A DNA stretch of 60,264 bases, filler included, from Sphacelaria rigidula (lineage: Eukaryota): assembly GCA_964200075.2 (NCBI GenBank). It is 9 parts of 9 records of this genome, joined end to end, with 100 filler letters (N's around TTAATTAATTAA, not from the genome) between each part and the next. Parts side by side here need not be neighbours in the genome. Positions count along the whole stretch, not along the records: positions 1 to 6,608 come from CAXNAA020019092.1; positions 6,709 to 13,316 come from CAXNAA020019093.1; 7 more parts are not named here. One strand, given 5' to 3'. The notes beneath the pieces were generated by a model, which made no database searches, was not told where the DNA came from, and was given only the letters and a program-made list of their open reading frames with translations. Of the stretch, positions 1 to 8,854 are shown piece after piece; the first letter of the stretch is position 1, and the number at the start of each line of letters is the position of its first letter. The translations under genes and the position numbers were made by a program.

Positions 1-570
1 GGCAGTTCTCAGCGACGGAGATCAGCTGCCTATACACAGCTTGTTCATCCCCACCCACTACATACATGTTCACAGTGTTCTGCAAGTCATCGGCAAAGGG
101 ATGGACACGATTAATGACGGTACCCCCCTTTGTCTTTCCACCGCCCACGTGGGTTTAGTGCCTCATAAAAATGACCATATTGTGGCATGTACACTCCTTC
201 CCGGTTTTCCCCACTCCACCCTGTGTTAGTGTAATTACTACATTTTAGTACAGACTGGCGACCCATAAAACCTCCTGGGAATCTCCGGGAACGCTATTCT
301 GGATGCAAGTAATATGATAAGTCATGCTCCGAGCATCCCGGCTTTGTAAACCCGGGAAGACTTATCTGGGCCAGGGATAGGCGCCCCACACGATCTTTGC
401 AGTGACATCACACTCGGCAACAGTCCCCGCGCTGGTCGTTCGGGTCTGGTCGATGAATTTCGCCTCGCCGTGATTGGGCAGGTCGCTCCCTGACTTATTT
501 TTTTATTATTCCACTAAGACATGGTTAACCTCGAGTGAGTAGGGGGTCGGTCTCAAAAGGATTAACAGGG

Positions 571-866
571 CAAGCACTCGAGTCATTTTTTCGTTGTGGG
601 AACAAACTAATGGGGCGAGCACTCGAGTCATTGCTCGTTGTAAGAAAGAGTAATGACTCGAGCGCACGAGTCATTGCTCGTTGGGAAAAAAGGGTATGAC
701 TCGAGCACACGAGTCCTTGCTCGTTGTAAAAAAGGGTATGGCTCGAGCACATGAGTCCTTGCTCGTTGTAAAAAAAGGCAATGGCTCGAGCACACGAATC
801 ATGCTCGTTGTGTCTTCGAAAACCATGCACGAGTGCACTCGTTTTGACGAGTAATGACTCGTCCGA
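571..866. repeat. Degenerate tandem array of ~42-45 bp units (about 6 copies) with a hairpin core
   Basis: Unit ~CTCGAGCACACGAGTCATTGCTCGTTGTAAAAAAGGGTATGA starting near 571, 616, 659, 702, 744, 787; core ATGACTCG-N6-CGAGTCAT is an inverted repeat. Confidence 0.85.
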
Positions 867-867
867 C

Positions 868-1455
868 GTGTGAAATCCTGCTTGCCCCTCGCTGATTTTC
901 TCTTCCGTCTGTAGCATTGTTCCTACTCTATCGTTCAGTATCTAACAGAATGTTTTCCCTACCGTACTCAGTTGCGGCATCGCTCTAACATTTCCTGGGT
1001 CAGCCTTGTCTCCTTTTTTGAAAAGGGCGACGACTACTCCCCGTCTACACCTCTGTGGCGTGTACTTGTTTTCCCATATCCAGTTATACGGCATAACCAT
1101 CGTGGTAATCATCCCCTCTTCCCGTGCTTTAGAAGCTCATTCACCATTTCGTCTGCCCCTGCCGCCTTTCTGTTCTTGAGTTTAGCTACGTACTCCTTTA
1201 CTTCGCCTCTGGTAAACTCTCTCTGCAATTCTTTCGAACCACTATCCTTCCCGTTTTGACGTCTCTACATTTGTCTCTGTCCACGCGTTGATTTCTTTTT
1301 CGAATTCCCTGTGGAACTCCGTGCTTGTTCCTGGTGTTCCTAGTTTACGGTAGTGCTCGACTAGCACTTTGAGCTACTCACCATTATACCGTTCTGTGCC
1401 CGAAGTGTGGCTATCCCCTCGTCCATCTTTCCTGCCTGGTTTCCCGTCATCCCAT
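868..1455 (-). mobile_element. LINE (non-LTR retrotransposon) ORF2 fragment, RT N-terminal region, degenerate
   Basis: Minus-strand translation across a frameshift and stops: EVKEYVAKLKNRKAAGADEMVNELLKHG, VVALFKKGDKADPGN, LSTVGKTFC*ILNDR, EEKISEGQAGF; these are typical LINE RT N-terminal motifs. Confidence 0.9.
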
Positions 1456-1872
1456 GAAGGGTGAGCTGCAACCTGCTAAGGTTGTTCGGCCCGAAGCCTA
1501 CTGATTGTCTTGCATTTGAGTGACAGCCTACAGTGAGTTGCTTCATTTTCTGGTATCGCCACTTCCAGAAACAGCCACGGCTTATACGCTGCGTCATGGG
1601 TGCCTCGTCATTTGAACACTACGTGGTACGATCATCTCCACTGTGCGGAGTTAAGGGTCTCCCACGCCGCACAACATGATCTGGCTCGACTACCGTCATG
1701 GTTACCGCAAAACAAAACGCGAGCGCGCAGAAACAGAATCGATAACCTGGTTGCCTAGCTGACGCAGTGAGTGGCGTGTCTGACAGCGGTATGGTCGACC
1801 GACGCGCCAACCCCATCGGGGGTCCGCCCCAGCAAAGCCGAGACAGAGCACGCCGGATTCTCGCCGGACCAG
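1456..1872 (-). mobile_element. Dispersed repeat family A (non-autonomous retroelement sharing the LINE 3' end)
   Basis: Homologous to 8079-8361(-), 19548-20023(+), 20125-20278(+), 26898-26945(-), 27637-27928(+), 35040-35522(+). Confidence 0.85.
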
Positions 1873-1879
1873 GAGGGGG

Positions 1880-1950
1880 TACTCATTTGTTACTCGCCTT
1901 GCATAGTTACTTGAACATTAACAAAGCATCTCTTCCGCGAGACGGAGCAC
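1880..1950 (-). mobile_element. LINE 3' end (family F), 5'-truncated copy
   Basis: Reverse complement reads GGTGCTCCGTCTCG...AAGGCGAGTAACAAATGAGTAC followed by a C-tract, matching other family F copies. Confidence 0.7.
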
Positions 1951-1952
1951 CA

Positions 1953-2293
1953 CACACGTAGCCATTTGGCTACCCCCCAAAATGCCTCCGGAGGGATGCG
2001 CGGCCCTCCAGAGGCGTTGAATCCCTCTGGAGGAAATCGAACACTACCGATCTGGGGGACTGCGCACCCCTCCGGAGGACTTCGGGGGTAGTAGCAAAGT
2101 GCCTTTAAAAAGATGCGCGGCCCTCCAGACGCAAAAACAAGCATCCGGAGGCGTTTAATCCCTCTGGAGGAAACCAGAAAGTCTCCTCTGGAGGGCCGCG
2201 CGCGCACCCTTCCGGAGGCGTTTAATGCCTCTGGGGGCTCGAAAAGTTGACCGACTTGGAGGAATATGGGGGGTAGCTAAATGGCCGCGTGTG
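1953..2293. mobile_element. MITE with CAC...GTG termini (CACTA/CMC-like)
   Basis: ~26-bp TIR CACACG(TA/CG)GCCATTT(G/A)GCTACCCCCC; CA on both flanks (possible 2-bp TSD); many internal CCTCCGGAGG/CCTCTGGAGG repeats. Confidence 0.8.
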
Positions 2294-2803
2294 CATTCAT
2301 TCCTATTCCTAGTAGACACGTCCGATATTTGTGCGGTCATCCCGTTTTTTCCATTCGGGACTACCAACTACAGGAGGCAAAACTGACGCGATAGAAACAT
2401 ATTTGGTATCACGGTGACCCCCACGATCAGGGGAACAGTGTGACATGGCCATATTGTTTCTTGCATCCGTTGTCGTGGTGTCGGCTACTCAGGGGCCTTC
2501 ACAGATTCCTCGGGAAATAAAAATGCGAATTGACGACCCAATTTGTACTCAATCTCATCATGAATTAATAAAAAAAGATTGATTAACCGCCATCGGCCTG
2601 GGAATCTAACGGGGGGAAACTATGTATAAACAGTTTGTAGGGATCGAATTTCAGCCCAAAATGTGGTATTTCGGTGATGTGGGGTTTTGGCGTCGTCGGA
2701 TTTCCACTGATTTTGTATGCATCGAAGACCCAGAAAGCCTCTTGGCGTTTTCCCTTGTCGCTTTCGTACAAGAGCTCCGATCGTCCTCGAAATCGGCAGT
2801 TTG

Positions 2804-3062
2804 GAGTGATGCTAGGGTAGAGGTGCACATATGTTTTCTGAGGTTCGAACTGCTAGGAGCCCTGCGTATCTCATCCAAAACATCACTTACGAGGAGTAGG
2901 AGGGTACGCCAGGATTACTACTTTCATGCGCTAGAGATATCCCGAATGAATTTGCAAACGGGGATGCCCTGGCCCATATTCTCATGAGATCTAGAATCGT
3001 TAGGAGCCCCTGAACCAGACAAGATTTCGCGCAAAAAGTACACCCCTACCGTAGCATTGCTC
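2804..3062. mobile_element. GAG...CTC MITE with 4-bp TSD (Sola-like)
   Basis: TIRs GAGTGATGCTAGGGTAGAGG / CCCCTACCGTAGCATTGCTC; flanks TTTG and TTTG; colinear with 39584-39840 (reverse orientation). Confidence 0.88.
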
Positions 3063-4108
3063 TTTGGTAGATATGGGTACTGCGAATCAAGAATAAATAA
3101 GCGTTGAAGAGGATATCGAAGCTAATCCGCTCTCTATCGGCTTCCTGGGGTCCCAGCGTCAAGAGCCCCAGAAGCCGGCACAGATTGCTTGAAGATGAAG
3201 AAATCAAAAGTTCAAATTTGACTCGCCCCGAGGTAGTCCAAGGAGCGTTTGCACGAATTTTCGTTGCGTAACTACAAAAGAGCTGATCCGAAACGGTCGA
3301 TATAAGCCCAAGCCCACAACAAGGACAACGTCGGTAGCATACTAGCACATGATCAAGTGATTGTGAGGATTCCGCGTATACATTTGTATACTCCACGCAC
3401 ACACGGGCGATTACTCACGCCGTTTTCTCGAGTTATACCCTGAAATTTTGCACGCAGGTCCCGTAGGATATGTAGTGAGGCTGTATGGCTGGGTTGTTTC
3501 TCTTGTTCGCCAGATATCCGGGGCCCAGGAGGCGGTTTGACCCGTGTGCAAATTTTTTATTGCAGGTATAACTCGAAAAAATGGCTTGCATGATAGCTGG
3601 GAAGTACAATTCCGGTCGTCCACCCCGAACCACCCGGTATGAAGTTTCTCAAGGTTCATCCTAAAATAAAAACATCCACCTCAATTAAAGTATTAGTGAA
3701 ATCCCGTGTTTCGACTTCTTCAGCCGTTCACGTGGAGGAGCTCCAAGAAGATGAGCACGCAAGTGTGTCGAAGTTCCTGGCGCTTGGTATTGAGGAAGGA
3801 ACGCACATTCAATTTGCTGCGTGTAATTTAAAATATTCGCTGGCCAAAAACCGCCCTCGACTTATCGGGCCGCCTAGGCTCTAAGAGCATACGACGAGTG
3901 AGTATCGAAGTGGCATGCAGTCTTGTGTCTTGTTCCGATAATTTGATGCGGCCCTGACAGCTACAACGCTGGCCAAAAGCCCTTAACTCGGTCGAGCGCC
4001 ACACATACACACATACACATCACACACATATATCTGGAGCTCCAGGTGCACGCGTCGTGTTGATGTGTCGACTTACTGTTATACAGTATATACACACGGT
4101 ATACAGTA

Positions 4109-5699
4109 CCTCTGGGCGGATTTATAAGCAAGGTTCGGACCAAAACCGGTGTAACTCGGGCATATGAAGGTCTTTTTCCGAACCGTTTTTTGTTGTTGTT
4201 TATGGACCGCCACTGCGGAACGCACAGAACCGCTGTCTTTCAGAGGTCGCACCGAAAACATTCATCACACCCCAGCAGAAGTTGCTTGAAATCACCACCC
4301 CAACTTTGGACCACCGCCCAAAAGCCTTCCCATCTGCTGGTGAGACATATCTGCTGCTGAGAACGCCTCTCAGGGGCAAAAACGCAAGAATTTGGATGAT
4401 CCAGAGAGAGAAGAAGACATTCGGTACCTACTGACGCGCAGCGTCGATGGGGTTCTGAAGCGTGATGCGTACAAGAACACCGCGGCGAAGTTCGGCTGCC
4501 ACTGGGAGACAATTGAGAGAGTGTGGTTGAAATACGAGGAGGAGATCGCAGCTGGTTTCGCCCATCCTAACCTGCAATCCGGATGCAAGGGGAACAGTGG
4601 TAAGAAGGGGATCGGAATCGAAGAGTTGCGTACCCGTCTGCGTGATATCCCACTGAACAAGCGTACCACACAGCGCCGCTTGGCTGCGGCGCTCGGGGTT
4701 GCCAAGACTACGCTCCGGGATAACTTCAAGGCGCTTGGATTGAGAGCAGACTCGAACGCGCCACACCTAAGGAAGGTGGGGACAATACCTACAAACTGCC
4801 ACGCCTAAGGAAGGACGCTCGGGCACGCGCTGGGACCCCGACCCCCAGGCGATTCCCTATTTCCGAGGAGGCGTGGATGGAAGGGACGGCGGCAGCGGGG
4901 GCGGCTGCCGTGTAGCATTGGGTTAGGGCGGCGTAGAGGCAGTGGCTTCTGCGTATGGGGCGAGTGCGGCGGGGCAAGGGGCGACTACTGCGCCTTAGAA
5001 GGTCTTATGCTGTGTAGGGGGGCGGCTGCCGTGTAGAGTTGACTTATTGGGGCCTAGAGGGGGCGGCTGCTGCGTCGAAGGGTTGGCTGAGTTGTAGAAA
5101 AACAGCTGCTCTGTAGACCGGGCGACTACTACGTAGAACCGGCTGGTGGCGGGGGGGGGGAAGTGGGTCAAGCTTAGGTCTACGGTGCCCCAAACCGGGG
5201 ATGATAATGAAATATCCCCTTTTTTTCGACAGGGGACTCTTTATTTTTTTGCATCAAATCTCGTGCCTCATTCATACGGGGTATTCCGGGTTGTGAAACC
5301 TGTGACGGGGCTTGCTTATCCGTCGCTGGGTACAAAAAAGTTGGATCTCCACCGAAATGACTGACCAGGGGATTTTTACGCACAATCCCCGCCCCCCAAC
5401 CTCATCGTTTTTTTTTTTTTTCAATTTTGTAACCTCTCCTTTTCAAAATTTGTTTGGTTTTCCCNNNNNNNNNNACCTCGGGCCTCATTCACGCGGGGTA
5501 TGGCGGGTTGGGGGATTTGTGCGGGCGCTCCCCGCCCCCCAACCTCATCGTTTTTTTTTTTTCCAATGTGGTACCTGCTCGTATACAAATGTTGTTCGAT
5601 GTCCCACAGTGCCCGGACGACCCGTTTTGGGCCATATCATACCAACCTTGCTTATTTTCCGTTTTTCCGAACCTTGCTTATAAATCCGCCCAGAGGGAG
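4109..5699 (+). mobile_element. Internally deleted DD39D/plant-type mariner element
   Basis: TIR (CTC)CCTCTGGGCGGATTTATAAGCAAGGTTCGG at both ends (left end short by a few nt); TA at 4107-4108 and 5700-5701; CTCCCTC terminus is Stowaway/Osmar-like; carries a transposase N-terminus. Confidence 0.88.
4347..4765 (+). pseudogene. Mariner (DD39D-type) transposase N-terminal DNA-binding region, truncated
   Basis: AAKFGCHWETIERVW...KGNSGKK...IPLNKRTTQRRLAAALGVAKTTL matches plant/oomycete mariner HTH regions; in-frame ATA at 4347 may be a mutated start; no catalytic domain follows. Confidence 0.82.
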
Positions 5700-6009
5700 T
5701 ATATTTTAGCAGTAGATAATGGGACGACAACACAAACGCAACAACATCATCATCATCATTCCAATTTTCAAATTGGTTGTTGTCTCAGGCTATTCCAGAT
5801 CCGGCATTAAATTTCTGTGACAGAAAACACTCTCGCTTTTTTCGAAATACTTATAAAAAAACGAGCAGAACGTTTTGGAAAACGAGCAGAACGTTTCGAA
5901 ACACTGGTCGAACCATGACGCCAATATATGGAGTACAGGCCAGTACACTCAAAACAAGATACTTTTGCAGTGGTGTATGAAGTGCAGACTACTACACTCA
6001 ACACCAGAC

Positions 6010-6142
6010 AACACGGCAGTGTTTTCTAGTTTCAAAACCTGTAAACGGACCTTCTGTGTGTGTGACCCCGGCTGGTGCGTCCACATATACCAAAATGTCT
6101 AGACCGGCGTCCAGAATAGATGAGACAACACACACGCACAGT
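6010..6142 (+). mobile_element. tRNA-derived SINE, 3' portion with CA-rich tail
   Basis: TGTGACCCCGGCTGGTGCGTCCACATATACC...CCAGAATAGATGAGACAACACACAC matches the 3' half of 29133-29512. Confidence 0.75.
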
Positions 6143-6608
6143 GTACATACAAATGCCGCACAGCATACAGCAGACAACTTGTAGTCTGCCGATGTGTGTG
6201 TGGGGGGGTATTGCTATATTGCAGCGGAAGCTTCGAGGCGAAGATACCACCATCAAACCCAAGAACAAAGAAAAGAGGCAGATGCCCGCAACAGCAGCGG
6301 TCCAAAGTGGAGATGACTGGCGAGTACCGGAAACGGAGCGCACACTACTGACGGCCCGGAGCAGAAGGAGAAGGAGGAAGGGATCGTTGATCGGGGGTGG
6401 GGATGGGGTTATGAGCAGAGACGATCGGCTGCGTACCATTAGTCGGGGTGAGCCGCATGCAGCATGGTGTCACTCTGTGATGTTTGTGGTCTACCGTGCT
6501 TTCGTCGTTAGGATGGGATACCAACCCGTACATGTTGATATACCATGCTTTTCTTCGTTACATTGCAGTTTTGAGCACGTGTTCTTCAAAGTGAATTGAA
6601 CTTAGTAC

Positions 6609-6708
6609 NNNNNNNNNNNNNNNNNNNNNNNNNNNNNNNNNNNNNNNNNNNNTTAATTAATTAANNNNNNNNNNNNNNNNNNNNNNNNNNNNNNNNNNNN
6701 NNNNNNNN
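6609..6708. other. Artificial linker N44-TTAATTAATTAA-N44; also at 13317-13416, 20024-20123, 26731-26830, 33438-33537, 40145-40244, 46852-46951, 53559-53658
   Basis: Identical 100-nt six-frame-stop spacer every 6707-6708 nt; elements such as the Gypsy pol and SINEs are cut abruptly at the linkers. Confidence 0.99.
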
Positions 6709-7130
6709 TTAGGTCAGGGAAAGCACGGCTTGTGAGTTGAACACCATCTTGTTTTTCAACCTCATTTTCGAGAATCCACTGTTTTCTGCTGTGAGTGCCA
6801 TGGTACACATTACTTTATTTCGCGGGAGCTGAACCAATCACGTGGACAAGCAGCAAGTAGCGCGTATTGACCTAATTCAGACCGCCAAAGAGATCCGGTA
6901 GTAGAGGACGAGTACGTTTGGCAAGATTGCAAAAACGCGATGAAGTGTTCATTATTGGAAAGCAATGTGCAGTACTACGAGCGGAAAGCGTGTACAAGAA
7001 AATAATGACGGAAGCGCATTATCGTAAAGCAACTATCGGTTTCGACCACACTGGTCAGTGGCCCAAAATGCGTTTTCGTTAAATATATTGGTTTTAGTAG
7101 AGAGCTCAGCGCACAAATCACACCTGTTAA

Positions 7131-7285
7131 CCCTTTGGGAAATAGACCCCCAGGGAGTGCTGATTTTTGTTTTGGTGAATCGGCATCATTTTCAGTCNNN
7201 NNNNNNNTCAGTCATTTTCAAGTCAAAATGATACCGATTCACAAAGATTCACAAAATAAGAATCAGCACTTTAGTTCCCGAAGGG
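7131..7285. mobile_element. piggyBac-like MITE
   Basis: TTAA|CCCTTTGGGAA...TTCCCGAAGGG|TTAA; contains a 10-N gap. Confidence 0.8.
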
Positions 7286-8078
7286 TTAATAGAAGGAACA
7301 TCCATATACACACGAGAGCACAGGATAATACCTATAAAGAAACATGCACACCCGCCCGACGAAGGGGTAGGCAAGCACATGAAGGAGGCCGATTGCCACA
7401 GCAACGGCCGTAACACTCCCGTACCCCGAGCAGCCGGCGGTGGCAGCGTGCGTGGTTAGCGGCGTGACGGCCCTCTCGATTGCCAACACCCACCCTTGGC
7501 GGGCATGAGAATTCGTTTCTCCCACCCGCTGGCCGTGTTTTTGTATTTGCGAAGCCAAACAAGCGGTGGGTACCTTGGTGAACGTACGTGCCAATCGATG
7601 AAAAACATGCTTTGGCTGCCCACCCGGGCCACCCCGACCTGTGCGCCAAATACGTAGGTCAATAGCGATGGGCACTATGACACGCAAATCCACACGTCGT
7701 CGCCGATGCACAGCCCTCATGCCGGGAGTCAGTTCTGGCGATGAGGTTGTGCGCGAACGCATTATACGCTGTTTATAAAGTGTTGTGCCGGTAGGTGGAA
7801 GGAGTGTACTGCTGCGAGTGCGCGCATATAGTACTACTACTGCTGCTGTTGCTGCTACTACATACCACGACTACTACCACTGCTGCTACTACTACACTTG
7901 ATCTAGGGAACGTCTTGTAGAGGACGCGCTCTGAACAGGGGAATGTATATAACTTCTTGTCTTGAACGCTTATGACCTTCACTCACCAAACACAACCGTG
8001 CAAGCTCCACCCGAGCTGCTCTCTCCCACCCAAAATGCAATGACAAAATGCACCAAAAACATGAAAGAACCGGGAGGT

Positions 8079-8361
8079 GTACCCATGATCATGCATGCCA
8101 TAGTCACAAAACCAATGACCTCGCATCCCTACAAAGCCGGGACGGAGCACGNNNNNNNNNNCGCCGGGGTTTCGCCGGACCAGGCTCGCGCTCAACCACC
8201 CAGCGCAAAGCGCCGTGGTGTGCTCGGCGAGTCGCATGAAGGGTGGGCTGCATCCTGCTAAGATTGTTCGCCTGAAGCCTATTGATTGTCTTGCATTTTG
8301 ATGACAGCCCACAATGAGTTGCTTTATTTTCTGTTGTCGCCACTTCCAGAGACAGCCACGG
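8079..8361 (-). mobile_element. Family A copy, 3' part
   Basis: Ends (minus strand) ...GACTATGGCATGCATGATCATGGGTAC next to a C-rich flank. Confidence 0.8.
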
Positions 8362-8597
8362 GAGGGGCGGGAGGATCGTATACTGAGTTGCCTTATGTGT
8401 CATACATCCAGTCATGACACAATCCGTTACCGCAGACGATATCCTGTTCCCATCATGATACATCATCAATCTACACCGCATGTACCCGACTTAATCTACG
8501 TACACATGCACTAGTGTTTAGCTCGGCAATATTCAATCAGCCCCCCTTGTCGAGGTTTAGTCTTACTTGGTATCACACAAAAAGTCTTGGCTCCATC

Positions 8598-8854
8598 TGT
8601 AGACCTAGTCACCATTGTTACCTAAGCTCAGGGATATTGTAGGTGGGGTTGCGGGTCTGATTGCCGGACTCTGTGATGGTGACCTCCATGACGAGTAGAG
8701 CCGGTTTTGCTACTCTGGTGGGGAGAGGCTATGGTCCTGCTCACCTGTACTATACCGAGGGTTAATATATGAATAACCAAAGCTGCCGAAGTCCATGTGC
8801 CCGTGATGGGAGGAGTCCACATGGCAATCTGATCTTGAGTGACAGAAGTCTACA
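8598..8854 (+). repeat. Left LTR
   Basis: TG...CA with 7-bp terminal inverted repeat; copy at 12063-12319. Confidence 0.92.

Noticed and set aside
1..240. FADDL (RT-like) and GGVGKT (P-loop-like) motifs; possible exon at 1-79
   Set aside because: Isolated motifs separated by stops with no supporting context; exon too short to assign
571..866. CRISPR array
   Set aside because: Intervening sequences are short and similar to each other, no cas genes, eukaryotic context
7560..7760. Harbinger transposase fragment (AIDLRIWRTG)
   Set aside because: Only a vague resemblance, no catalytic motifs
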